A stretch of 64,000 nt of DNA from the human T2T-CHM13v2.0 reference genome, Homo sapiens, in NCBI RefSeq assembly GCF_009914755.1, contig NC_060937.1. One strand, written 5' to 3'. Both the position numbers and the translations under genes were made by a program. The notes under the pieces are model-generated. The model saw only the letters and a program-made list of their open reading frames with translations. It was not told the DNA's origin and did no database searches. Numbering within the stretch: position 1 is the first letter of the stretch; every line of letters starts with the position of its first letter. Positions 42,039 through 55,934 of the stretch are shown piece by piece.

Positions 42039-44439
42039 CCCCTCTATGACATCCCACGTCACCATCACCCTCAATGGCAACTTTCTATGGAATTTTATCC
42101 ACTTCTCTGGTTCTTTGTTCTGGGATATCCTCCCTTTTTCACCAAACATGGAGTCATGTCAGCTACTCTTGTTTATTATCATACAGAATGGCTCATACCT
42201 CGTAATGTAGGAATGTTCTGTGCTATTGCTGCAAACCATTAAACTTTAAAGCATAGAATAGCTTTCATGTTTCTTCTTCTTTGGAAGAAGACAAAGCACT
42301 GACTTCACTGCCATTTGTTTCATAACTTACTCACATTACAGCCCTGAAAACATTCTACTGTTTTGGCCCAAATGGCTTCCTTGAGTGAAGAGCATAGGTT
42401 TCTACAGCAGAACCAGCAGGTTAGCTCTCAGGGTCAACCAATGCACACAATGGACTCTGGCTCCCAACAGCTAGTGCTTCGGTCCCCAGATTAAGGGCCA
42501 TTACTGTAGATGAGCCATCCTTACCACCCATACAGCAATGGACCAATTTGGAAGGAGCCACTGGTCAGCTTTATACTTAGAAGACAGTTACAAGAGGAGC
42601 AACAGAGAGTAGTGACCTTACTGAATGCTCTTTGTACTTATACTCATCCAGGGACCTACGAGGCTGTGAGTAGCCGAAACTGATGTGCTGAAAAGTAGAG
42701 CGAAATGGAAATAGATCTGTTATGAGACAGAAGGTCTTATAGCCCAAAATTAACTTACTGCAAACATCCATCTTTGCTCCCAGTCCAAAAGTCATCCAAC
42801 ATAACTCAGCCAATGCCGACGTCCAGAGAATTAACGAGTAGCTGCTAGTTTCTGCTAGATCATTCTTTATCAGAACATAATTCTGTAAGCCCCCTGTTAA
42901 ATTTTCAGAATCCTAGAGGGAGGGAGCCTATCTCCTCTATCTTTACATTCCAGTTCTTAGCACAAATGGCTGGTATAGAGCAAGCTCACCATAGATATTT
43001 GCAACATGAGTTGAGGAAAAGCAAACATCATCCTCCTGAGCTTAGTGTTCTCAGGAATCCCCAAGCTTTTGAAGAATGGAGGAATGACCTTCTAACTCCA
43101 GTCACATCATGACTAGAGATGAATGTTCAGCACACACAGGAACACACAGATACACACACACACACACACACACTCCCTCCATGACACCCCATTGTTTCCC
43201 TAAACCAGAGTCAAGTACTAGGATGCAGGCTTTCTGGAATGCACCTCCCTGGAATTCCCAGCCTATGTTGATTCTATGAGTAACCATCAGACACTGGCTA
43301 CCACTATCTGTCATCAGATAATATCCTTTTCCTCCCACTAGCCAACTGGATTTTGAACCTGAAATACCCTTAGAAGGATATTTTCATTTTAGTTCGTAGT
43401 CTGGCTGCAGCCTCAGCCAGGCAGGCGGGCAGGATACAAGGGTCACCACACATTCCTGCTGGCTCTGGAAGGCAGAGCCATGGCCTGTCACCCTCAGGGC
43501 CTTGCCAGCCAAGATCCACCCATCTCAACAGCATTCTTCTTTCCAAGGGCCTCTCTCTCCAGCCAACTTCCTCTTCAACCTATTATTCTGAGGCACTTGG
43601 CTCTCCCTTGTTCCTGTGGGGTAGCCTAAGTGGGTGGCTACTTTTTACATGTCACAAAATTGCACTTGGTTTTCTACCATCTGGCCTTCTCCAATACACT
43701 GGCTATATGTTCTGGTTTGCTACTCTCTCTCCAGTGTGATTTACAAATTTCTTTCCCGAATGTGCTTTCCAGATACGAGGCTCCAGTGTGGAGAAACAGG
43801 TGTAGACTTCTTGTCAAAACTGCCAAAGGCTAACACCACTGACAGGCAAGTGTCTCCTCACTCCCCAGGGACTCCGCACCCTTGGAATGGAACAAGGAGG
43901 AAAGCTATAACTGGGTCCCCTAGAGCACAGACTCAGGACTGGGGCCCATTTCGCTGGGGTTCTGGGGTGACTAGATTCATACCTCTTCATTAATTTGATT
44001 GCCAAGAATTCAAGAGTGTATCCATTACTTCTTTTCAAAGATTTTATCTTCTTTATCTGTTACTGCTTTTATGATTGAATTTTTTGTTACAGATTACTTG
44101 TTAATATCTGAATATTTCTATGGATTTCCTATGGAAAGATATGAAAATAATTCTTTCTGCGGTGCATTTACAGTTTCGTAGGCTGCATTATCAAGTATAT
44201 ACTGGACAAGAGACAGCTTATATTTTGACAAGGCATTGATGACAGTTGAATCTTCAGCTTAAAATTTTACATATCTGATGATGGGAAGAATTTGTCACAG
44301 AATAGCTTCTGGCCCCTTCCATGTCAAACCTTGATCATCTTCTATTACCCACACACTTCTGGTGCCAGGTCCTTAAATGCCTGTTCACCTCAGCTCAGTC
44401 ATGGAACTGGTTGAGTCAGCACAATCGGCATTAGAAGCA

Positions 44440-44791
44440 TTTCTGTAAACTACTCACACGAGTGGCTACAAATAGTTAACTATACACAGAAGCAACTGTG
44501 AACCTCATAAATATATACCTCTAATCCAAACTAAATGTCTGCTTGACTCCGCTTCCCTTATTCTGATCCCAAAAATGCCTGCAGTCACCAATTCAAGAAG
44601 GGAGTATATTGGAGAGGAAATCGCACTAGAAAGAGACTGTGGTCTTAACCAATTATAGATCATTTATCTTACTTGTATAAATTTTACAAAAACCTATAAG
44701 CATGTGAACAGTTTACTGGACCCTCACATGGCTGTGAAGGTGAAGGAGCCTGAGCCGAGGCTTTGATTATCTTTATTGGAAATCCACTCTG
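44440..44791 (-). mobile_element. hAT-Tip100 (MER115/Zaphod-like) remnant
   Basis: Reverse complement of right end cagagtggatttccaataaagataatcaaagcc resembles the recalled terminus; left boundary uncertain. Confidence 0.4.
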
Positions 44792-44853
44792 TCAATCAGA
44801 ACAGATGTAGCTGATGAGCAATCAGCTCCATTACCCGGCACCTACTGGCTGAA

Positions 44854-45431
44854 CAAGCATCCCTGAATGTTGACTGCTAACGTTCATAAACATCTGTACG
44901 TGTTTATGACTAAACACTAGGTTCTCACTCTAACTTGTTTTAAGTTCTGTTTTGCCATCCTTTTCTTTCATTATATGTTATTGCAGCCTTGATCTGTACA
45001 TTTAGGCATTTTTAAATATGTGGTATGTATTAAGGGGCTTTCTGGGATCACAGAATATATCTCTCTACAAAGGAGGGTGTAAGAATAGCTTGGATGAAAG
45101 GGCAAAATCCAAGCATCCCTGAATGTTGACTACTGACAGTCATAAGCATCTGTAGGTGTTTATGAATAAAGGTTAGGTTCTCACTCTAAGTCGTTTCAAG
45201 TTGTTTTGCCATTTTTTTTCTTTCATTAAACAGTTCCTTCTTGCCTTCCTTTAAATGCTCATTTGCTGTGGTCTCAACCTCTTGCATTTTTATGTTATTG
45301 AAGCCTTGATCTGTGCACAGTAGGTATTTTTAAATATGTGGTGTATACTAAGGGGCTTTATAAAGACAGGATTACAGAACATATCTATCTCCAAAGGAGG
45401 ATGTAAGAATAGCTTGGATTAAAGGGCAAAA
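44854..45431. repeat. Diverged head-to-tail tandem duplication (about 254 bp + about 322 bp)
   Basis: Both copies start caagcatccctgaatgttgact (44854, 45110) and end aagaatagcttggatNaaagggcaaaa (45107, 45431). Confidence 0.95.
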
Positions 45432-45559
45432 CATGTAGATCAGGTAAAGGAAGGTATTAAGCAGTCAACTGATGAGCCAACCAACCAAGCCACCGAGAGT
45501 CCTAGGAAGCATTTCCTGCCCTCAGATCAGGTCAGGAGCCAGACATTGGTGTCTGTGTG

Positions 45560-45682
45560 TTGGTTTCTCCTCTACTGGAATGCACGTGTGTTGACAGCAG
45601 GACCTGCATCCTTCATCTCATGTGTCCAGCATGGTACATGTGCAATCAGCTTTATCAAATGAATGAATGAATGAATGAATGA
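45560..45682 (+). mobile_element. L2 3' end
   Basis: ctactggaatgcacg...gacagcaggacctg...(TGAA)n tail. Confidence 0.65.
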
Positions 45683-46608
45683 CAAAACATGGAGAATGGT
45701 CTGTTTTGTTGACGGTTAGGATTGTTGATGATTAGGAGTCACTGGAAACCTTGGCAAGTGTGATTCTGGCAAAGGTGATGCAGAGGAAATCAGATCAGAG
45801 AAATTCCGGAAGCATGTTGTTTATGAAGGAAACTCATTGTGGATGCATGCTACAGGATATAGGGAGTGAGGGGGACAGGAACTGCAGTTCTGAACAGGGC
45901 CAAATATCTGGGTTTTATTTTATAAAAGAAGGTATCCAAAAAGAGAGGCTGGGACCCAAAGAAAAGAAGAAGAGAGCTGGAGGCGGGGTGCAAGAGGCAG
46001 AACAGGGATGTGTCTAGATGATGACAAAAGACCTTCCTGAAGCTGGTGACTTAGTGGGCTTGTATGATGCAGGGTCCTGGACCTTGGTCTCCTGTAGGGA
46101 AATGCTTACCTCACGGGCCACAACACCAGCACAAGCAAATGAGCTTCCTGGTAAAAATGAGCGACACCATCAGAGAGACATCAGAAGGGAGGCATCAGAG
46201 GCACCAGGTAACGGGAGGGGAAGCAACATGCAGCACCCACAGATGGCAACAGTGGAATGAGAATGCACCAGAAGGTCTTGGTGGGTGGCAAGCAGGATTC
46301 TGCCTCCGCCAACTCATCAACACAACACGGGTTCTTTTCGTCTTTCCTCTAACCACAAATCATTCATTAATTTTCTTTAGTGTCTTCCGGGATTGCCATC
46401 CTCCCATTTCCATTGAGGATTCCTCAACTTAACAAAAGTGTTCGTTGGGTTAGAACCAGACCTGAAAGCAGCGAGGGAGGAGCACGCACACACATTTCAT
46501 TATGAATTTGTAGCTTACATGCACCCAGTAGTTCTTCCTCAGATGGATGCATATTTTATCTATGTGAATTACCCTGGAGTTGTGACTTTCTAATTTTGTC
46601 TTAATTAA

Positions 46609-47062
<454 letters not shown>

Positions 47063-47230
47063 CATTCCCTCTTTAATTAGCTTTTTCTCCTTATGCCTTT
47101 TTGATTTTTTCATCTCAACACAAAGCGAACACAAATCTAGAAAGAGAGAGAGAGAACTTCATCTGGAAACAAAAGATAGAACCCTTTCCATTTCATTGGC
47201 TGGCAATAAAGACTGAAACTTCATCACCAT

Positions 47231-47243
47231 GTTGCCTGGCAAC
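47231..47243. promoter_or_regulatory. RFX X-box palindrome GTTGCC-T-GGCAAC
   Basis: Two perfect X-box half sites, fitting GTNRCC(N0-3)RGYAAC. Confidence 0.45.
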
Positions 47244-47984
47244 CCAGGAAATATTGTTGTGATTAAACAAAAACTATCTGGAGTAAATTCACAATGAAAC
47301 AGCTGAAAAGCATTATATCATCCTGCATTCCACTATGAAGACATGAGCAGCAGATACCCTGGGACTGTTCACCCCCCAAAACACAAAAAAACAAATATAC
47401 CGACATCGCCAAGAGGCAGCCTAGAGGCCAGGAAATTCCCTGGACTAGGATCAGAAGTCCTGGGCAAGTCTCATAACCTTTGGGGCGGTCAGAGTTTTTT
47501 TCATCTGCAGAAAGAACAAGTAGAATTAATAAGCTCTGACATTTCATGTTTCAAAAGAAATAGTAAAAACTGGGAGCATCGTGCCAGTCATCTTTTTGAA
47601 CGGCAGCATTCATTTAAGAGCCATGAACAGTGATCCACAGGCCTAAAGGGTGAAAGTCGCCCATCTTGCCTTAAATAAAATCCACAGTGGGATTGGTTGG
47701 GTTCCCATAAGCTGTTGATGCCCCAGTTATTACAAGTAACTCTCCTGGCTTAGAAAAGCAGAAGCTCAGCATTATGAGAACAGCTCATCTCATTAAGACA
47801 AAAATATCTCCTAGAAATTTCTTTAAGGCTATTACAGCGAGCAACCTTGGAATCAAAGAGACCAGGCAAAATTAAAGCAACTTGTTTGTAGAAATCACAA
47901 GTGAGTAGACTTAAAAAAAAAAAAAATCTGACAAAAGAAGCTGCAGATGAAACCTAAAAACCACAGCAACAAAGCTTTGAAGAA

Positions 47985-48400
47985 TATAGTGTGGTGGCTA
48001 AAAACATTAAAATCAAAGACTCTGGGTTCAAATTCTGTCTTTACCACTGATTGGTTGGGGTGCTATTGAAACTCTGCATCTCCATTTATCCATCTGTATG
48101 TGAGTATGATTACTGTAGGAATGAAATGAGTTAGTAATATGCTTAGAAGAGTGGCTGACACATAGTTAGCAGCTGTCGTTATTTCAGCATGAGCCCATAA
48201 TTGTTAATACCAGTGCTAGAGTCAGATGGGCCTGGATTCAAAGCCCAGCACCACTGGTTATTAGCAGTTGACCTCTGTGCAAGCTTCTTAACCTCCCTCT
48301 AAGTCTCGGTTTTTCATCAATAAGATGGGAATAATCATATAATACCTCATAGAGTTGTGAGGATTAAATGAGATAATGCTTGTGAAATGCACAGCACAAC
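47985..48400 (+). mobile_element. Two adjacent MIR copies
   Basis: gactctgggttcaaattctgtc and cttaacctccctctaagtctcggtttttcatc...cctcatagagttgtgaggattaaatgag. Confidence 0.75.
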
Positions 48401-48475
48401 ATAGCTGTCACAAATCTCTACTGTCCAGGATTCATCAAGAAATTTCTCTGCAATTTCCCTATTAATAGTTTCTCA

Positions 48476-48835
<360 letters not shown>

Positions 48836-48899
48836 TTATATATATTTTACTACAACATATTTACATTGGAAAAGGAAAACATCGGCTATCACGACATTT

Positions 48900-50195
48900 C
48901 AATGAGGGAAAAAATAGTCTTTTCAACAAATAATGCTGGGAAAATTGGATAACCACATGCAAAAGAATGAAGTTGGACCCTTTCCTCACACTTATACAAA
49001 AATTACCTCAAAATGAGTCAAAGACCTAAATGTGAAAGCTAAACTATTAAACTCTTAGAAGAAACATAGGCATAAGTCTTTGTGGCCTTGGATTAAGCAA
49101 TAGTGTCTTGGCTATTATGCCAAAAGCACAAATAACAACCACAAAAAAATACATAAATTGGACATGATCAAAATTACAACTTTTGCCCTTCAGAGGACAG
49201 CATCAAGAAGGTTAAAAAAAAAAAACCTACAGAATGGGAGAAAATATTAGCAAATCATATATCTGATAAGGGACTTGTATCCAGCACATATAAATAACTT
49301 TTACAACTCCTTAATAAAAACACAAATTACCCAATTAATAAACGGGCAAAGGATCTGACTAGATATTTCTCCAAAGGAGATATATTAATGGTTAATAAGC
49401 ACATGACTAGATTCTCAACATCATTAGCTCTTAGGGAAAGGCAAATCAAAGCCACAGTGATATCACTTCATACCACCAGGATGAATATAATAAAAAAGAC
49501 AGAAATAACAAGTGTTGGTGAGAATGTGGAGAAATTGGAACACTCATTTACATTGCTAATGGGAATAAAAAAATGATGCAGCCATTTGTTTGGAAAACAG
49601 TCTTGACAGTTCCTCAAAAAGTTAAACATAGAGTTACCATATGATCCAGCAATTCAAGCCCTAGTTACATACCCAAGAGAACTAAAAACATGTCCATACA
49701 AATATTGTACACAAATCCTCTTAGCAGCATTATTCATAATTATCAAAAAGTGTAAACAACTAAAATTTCCACCAACTGATGAATAAATGTACTATATCCA
49801 GAAAATGGAATAGTATTCAACAATAAAAAGGAATGAAATGCTAATAAATGCTGCAGTATGACTGAAACTTGAAAATCTTGAAAGAAGCCAGTCACAAAAG
49901 ACCACACAAATTGTATGATTCCACGAAATCATACAATCCATCAGGATAGGCAAGTCCATCAGCAGGAGGAAGTAAATCAGTTGTTTCCTAGAGGTGGGGG
50001 TATGGGGGATACTGATTATGGGAAATGGGGAATGACTGCTGATAGGTACAGGGTTTCCTTCTGGAGTGACGAAAATGCTCTAAAACTGATCGTGGCAATG
50101 ACTACACAATTGTGAATATACTAACAACCACTGAATTGTACACTTTAAATGAGTGAATTGTATGGCACGCGAATTATCTTTTAAAAGCTGTTATA
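48900..50195 (+). mobile_element. L1M (L1MB-like) ORF2 3' end and 3'UTR
   Basis: gtcttttcaacaaataatgctgggaaaattggata...gttaccatatgatccagcaatt...tgaattgtacactttaaat. Confidence 0.88.
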
Positions 50196-51578
50196 CCCAG
50201 TAATGGGATTGCTGGGTCAAATGATATTTCTGGTTCTAGGTTTCTGAGGAATCACCAACTGTTTTCCACAATGGTTGAGCTAATTTACACTCCCACCAAC
50301 AGTGTAAAAGCGTTCCTATTTCTCCACAGCCTCGCCAGCATCTGTTGTTTCTTGGCTTTTTAATAATTGCCATTCCGACTGGTGTGAGATGATATCTCAT
50401 TGTGGTTTGATTTGCATTTCTCTAACGATCGGTGATGTTGAGATTTTTTTCATGTTTGTTGGCCGCATAAATGTCTTATTTTGAGAAGTGTCTGTTCATG
50501 TCCTTTGCTCACTGTTTAATGGGGTTGTTTTTTTTTTCTTATAAATTTGTTTAAGCTTCTTGTAGATTCTGAATATTAGCCCTTTGTCAGATGGATAGAT
50601 TGCAAAAATTTTCTCCCATTCTGTAGGTTGTCTGTTTACTCTGATGATACTTTTTTTTTTTTTTTTTGCTATGCAGAAGCTCTTTAATTAGATACCATTT
50701 GTCAATTTTGGCTTTTGTTGCAATTGCTTTTGAAGTTTTCATCATGAAATCTTTGCCCATGCCTATATCCTGAATGGTACTGCCTAGATTTTCTTCTAGG
50801 GTTTTTATAGTTTGGGGTTTTACATTTAAGTCTTTAATCCATATAAAGTTAATTTTTGCATAAGGTGTAAGGAAGGGGTCCAGTTTCCATTTCCTGTGTA
50901 TGGCTAGCCAGTTTTCCCAGCACCATTTATTAAATAGGGAATCCTTTCCCCATTGCTTGTTATTGTCAGGTTTGTTGAAGATCAGATGGTTGTAGATGTG
51001 CAGTCTTATTTCTGAGATCTCTATTCTGTTCCACTGGTCCATAAAGGAATATAAATCATTCTATTATAAATATACATGCACATGTATGTTCATTGCAACA
51101 CTATTCACAATAGCAAAGACATAGATTCAACCCAAATGCCCATCAGTGATAGACTGGATAAAGAAAATATGGTACAAATACACCGTGGAATACTGTACAG
51201 CCATAAAAAGGAACGAGATCATGTCCTTTGCAGGGACATGGATGAAGCTGGAAGCCATTAACCTCAGCAAAGTAACACAGGGACAGAAAACCAAACACCA
51301 CACATGTTCTCACTTATAAGTGGGAGTTGAACAATGAGAATACATGGACACAGGGAGGGGAACATTACACACTGGGGCCTGTCCGGGGGCAGGGGGAAGG
51401 AGAACATCAGGAAGGATAGCTAATGGATGCTGGGCTGAATACCTAGGTGATGGGTTGGTAGGTGCAGCAAACCACCATGGCACACATTTACCTATGTAAC
51501 AATCTTGCACGGCCTGCACATGTATCCAGGAACTTAAAATAAAATAAAATTAATATTTTTTAAAAGACAAAAAAATTA
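50196..51578. mobile_element. L1PA insertion with 5' inversion (twin priming)
   Basis: 50196 to about 51040 antisense (ORF 50587-51042 = L1 ORF2 [25 protein letters not shown]); about 51041-51578 sense 3'UTR + A tail; TSD aaaagctgttata at 50183-50195 and 51579-51591. Confidence 0.93.
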
Positions 51579-52772
51579 AAAAGCTGTTATAAATAAAAAA
51601 TTAACAATGGAAATTATCGGAAGCCTCTTCAGCTTGGAGGATCAATTCTGTAGACCTTCAGATGGGCCCAGGCCATATCCCAGCATAAGCAGTAGGGGCT
51701 GACAATGGGACTGTCCGGAAGGCCCCCGAGGTGGAGAGAACCTGGGAGAGATTCCAGACCAGTTGCTGAATGTGTGCAAGTTCCCTGCACCCTTTCCCTT
51801 CTTCAGTTTCATGGGTGAAAGGTTGTTCAGTTTCACGGGTGAATGAAGTATGGAGATGCAGATAAACTGAGCACCCAGCCCTCTTTCCCCCAGTAAAATA
51901 GAACTGGTCACACCACAAGTAGTCATTCATCTTCCTTGCTCAAGCTCCATCCCATGAATCCCATCTACCTGTAAGAATCCGCAGGAGAGCGCCACGAGGT
52001 AGACTGTGCTTTGGAGGATGGCATCCCAAGGGAGTTGAAGGTGAGGAAACTAGCAGTGAGCCACTGGTCAACAGTGTGCAAACTGTGAAGATCTCTGCTG
52101 GGGTATTTGAAGCTTACCTCAAAAAGGAGTCCCAAGGCTTTGTGTAAAACATTGTCTACTCATAGTATTACTGCAGATTCCTCCTAAGAACCTACTAGTT
52201 AAAATTTTGTGTGTGTGAGGTTGCAGGAAAAGAGCACAATATTAGAGCAGAAAAGATAAGAGACTCAAATAGAAATGGAAAATTTTTTTAAATCTTCTTT
52301 CTCACTTTCTATTACTCCTTTCTTTCTTGGGTTTCATGTCTTCTTTCTTCCTTTGCCTCTCTTTCCCTTTTCTGGCCTGCAATCACCTCGCTCTGTCATG
52401 TCTGGTCACAAGATGTTTCAGTAAGCAGCTTGTGAGCATCTCAGAAAATGTGTGTCTCTCTGTCTCTGTATGCTGATACCTACCGTGGCACCTCACATGA
52501 AATGGGAGCTCAAAAATAATTACTCTTGTTTGAGTTAAATGCTACAGCACAGTGATCATCAGTTACAGAGCTCGAGACCAATTTCTGTGGGTTGATGCCA
52601 TTTCCTTGGGTTTTGAAGCAGAAGTCCTCTGAGGGATGTACCTTAGACCCTAGCCCTTATGTTTGACTGGTTATTTTCCAAGCTGTTACCTGTTCATATG
52701 TGTATTCCTATTCTTTCCAAGGCTAATCCTGTGAAAACAGATCAAAGCATTTCATTCTTCTAAGTCAGAGAC

Positions 52773-53371
52773 TGGGTCAGACTGTATTTTCCAAAGATAG
52801 CCACATTTTTGTGGATCCATTCTTACCATGTGAAAAACATTGTCTACACATAGTATTACCGCAGATTCCTCCTAAGAACCTACTAAAATTTTGTGTGTGT
52901 AAGTTTGGCATCAAGAAATGGGGTCTATGTTCCCTCCCTTTGGACGTGACTCCTCTACCAATAAAGTATGGCTATGTGATCTCTGAGGTTAGGATATCAA
53001 AGGTAATACAGCTTCCATTTGGATCTCCTTCTCTTGGGACATATGAACTTGTATTCATTAGCCACCATGTAAGACATTTGGCCCTCAAAGCTACTATGAG
53101 GGAGAGACAATATGGAGACAGCACATAGAGAGTGCCAAGGAGCCCCAGCTGTTCCAGCCCCCAACTCTTTGTGTCTTCCCAGCCCAGTCACCAGACATAT
53201 GAGTGAGTGAGCCTTCAGAGGACTCCAACTTCAGCCTTCAAGCCACCCTATTCAATACTAAGTGGAATAGCAACAAGCTATCCTTGCCCAGACTGAAGAT
53301 TTGTGAGCAAAATAAATGTTTTTAAGCCACCACGTTTTGGAGTGAATATTACAGAGCCATATGACTGGAAG
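52773..53371 (+). mobile_element. MLT1 (F/G/H-like) solo LTR containing a templated insertion
   Basis: cagactgtattttccaaagatagccaca...catcaagaaatggggtctatgttccctccc...tttaagccaccacgttttggag. Confidence 0.8.
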
Positions 53372-54120
53372 AGTGTCCTCCCCTAGGCCGGGAGAAAGTA
53401 AGCTCTTCTCTGAAGTATAAATCTTCAGCTCCTCCATCACTCCTTAAAAAGTCTCTAATCTGTAAGTCACCATCGTCTGACAGAACCTCCTGCCACAGAA
53501 TGTGTTACTATGGGGCCTGCCCCCAAGTCACTGTCAGGCAGCAGCTGCTCTTCGGACAGGGCTGGAACAGAGAGAAGAAGGTTAATCTAGTGCCTCTGAA
53601 ATACCTCCCAGGTGTCATCCACAGGAGGTGATATCTCCCTCCCTATGTTTTAGGGATACAAACATATATGGTAAAATTATGAGAAAAAAGCAAGAGAATG
53701 ATCAATAAGAAATTCAGTGTAGGGCAGCAGATGAGGTCAGGCCCACAGGTAGTGAATGCTAAGTTCGAGGGTGCTCATTTGACTATTACACTTCCTAACT
53801 TACATATACATTACCTATGTTCCTTTGTGTGTATAAAATATTGCATAGCAAAAAAATGACTAAAAATAAATGTTAGGTTAATAAACATTTCTAACTTAAA
53901 AAAAAAAAAAAACAAGAACCACTTGGCCCCATCCAATGAGTTGCCCTGCCCTGCCCTCACTATATATTTTGTTTCGTGCTGACTTCTCCATTCTTGCCCC
54001 AATCACGTGGCTCTATCCAACTTCCAGTGCTGGTCCCCTCTTGCTGTGGCCTAACTGGTTTCCTGTACCCATTTCTTCTTCCCATGACATGTTCTGCTGT
54101 CCAGTTAGCCTTCTTAGCCT

Positions 54121-54431
54121 TCTTTTTTTTTTTTTTTTTTTCTTTTTGAGACAGGGTCTTGCTCTGTCAATCAGGCTGAAGTGCAGTGGTGCCATTATTG
54201 CTCATTGCAGCCTCAACCTCCTGGGCTCAAGGATCCTCCCACCTCAGCCTCCCATGTAGCTGGGACCACAGGTGTGCACCACCATACCCAGCTAAATTTT
54301 TAAAAAATTTTATAGAGACAGAGTTCTCATTTTGTTGCCCAGGCTAGACTCGAACTCCTAGGCTCAAGGGATCCTCTCACCTCCATCTCCCAAAGTGCTG
54401 TGATTATAGGCATAAGCCACCACAACCCCAC
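54121..54431 (-). mobile_element. Alu (AluJ-like)
   Basis: Antisense Alu; TSD ccagttagccttctta/ccagttagctttctta. Confidence 0.95.
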
Positions 54432-54527
54432 CCAGTTAGCTTTCTTAAACACCATTCTAATCCTGCCTTTCACAGCTCAGTCTCTTTCAGAGCCCCTCAT
54501 GGCCCCAGCATTAAAATCTAGAGCCCA

Positions 54528-54827
54528 GGCTGGGCACAGTGGCTCATCCCTGTAATCCCAGCACTTTGGGAGGCCGAAGCGGGCAGATAACTTGAGGCCA
54601 GGAGTTTGAGACCAGCCTGGCCAACATGGCAGAAACCCCATCTCTATTAAAAATACAAAAAATTAGCTGGGCATGGTGGTGCGTGCCTGTAGTCCCAGCT
54701 ACTCAGGAGTCTGAGGCAGGAGAATTGCTTGAACCCAAGAGACAGTGAACCTGTATCATGCCACTATACTCCAGCCTGGGGAACAGTGAGACTCTTTCTC
54801 AAAAAAAAAAATAATAATAATAATAAT
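54528..54827 (+). mobile_element. Alu (AluS-like) with (AAT)n tail
   Basis: Sense Alu; TSD aatctagagcc. Confidence 0.95.
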
Positions 54828-55127
54828 AATCTAGAGCCTGACTTCCTTAGCCTGGCAGTCAAAGCCCCCACAATCCAGATGCTTCCTGTTCATGACACTC
54901 CAGCCAAGCTATGCCATTTCCCATTCATGTCTCCTGATCTCCCACACAAGTGTCTTTGTTCTGTGATTCCACTTGTCTCTCTCCTACTTCTCCATGTTTC
55001 CATCATATCCATCCTTGAAAACCCAGTTCCAGTATCTCCACTTTCATGAGACCTTTTCTGATCTACCCTAGGGTAGATATATGCACAGCATTCTCACTGC
55101 TTCTCGCCAGCAGGGCTCTAAGTGTTA

Positions 55128-55573
<446 letters not shown>

Positions 55574-55934
55574 TCAAACATTCTATATTTTTAGAATGAA
55601 TGAATGGGTCACTAAATGAATGAATTTTACGTCAAAATAATGAATGAATTCTACATCAAGAGCCAACCTAGGAACACTATAAAGTGAAGAAAATTTGTCT
55701 TTAGTGTCTCCAGCCTCCTAGCCAGTTGCCCTCCCCTGCTAGGAGTTTACCTCTTCCCATCCAGCTACCTAGGAACTGCATATCTACTTGCCCAAGCAGA
55801 ACCTGCCTTTGGAAAAATACCTGATAAATTCATTTACACTCCTACATAAACCACTGACAAGGCTTCTGAGGTTACTGTTCTTTTACTGAGAAGCACTTAT
55901 TTTGTTAACAGAAGACAAGGTGGAAGACTATATC

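Noticed and set aside
50587-51042. 151-aa ORF with strong protein-like composition
   Set aside because: Fragment of L1 ORF2p inside a truncated, inverted L1; not an independent gene
55615-55659. 24-bp-period duplication aatgaatgaattYtacRtcaa
   Set aside because: Slippage at an L2-type (TGAA)n tail; trivial
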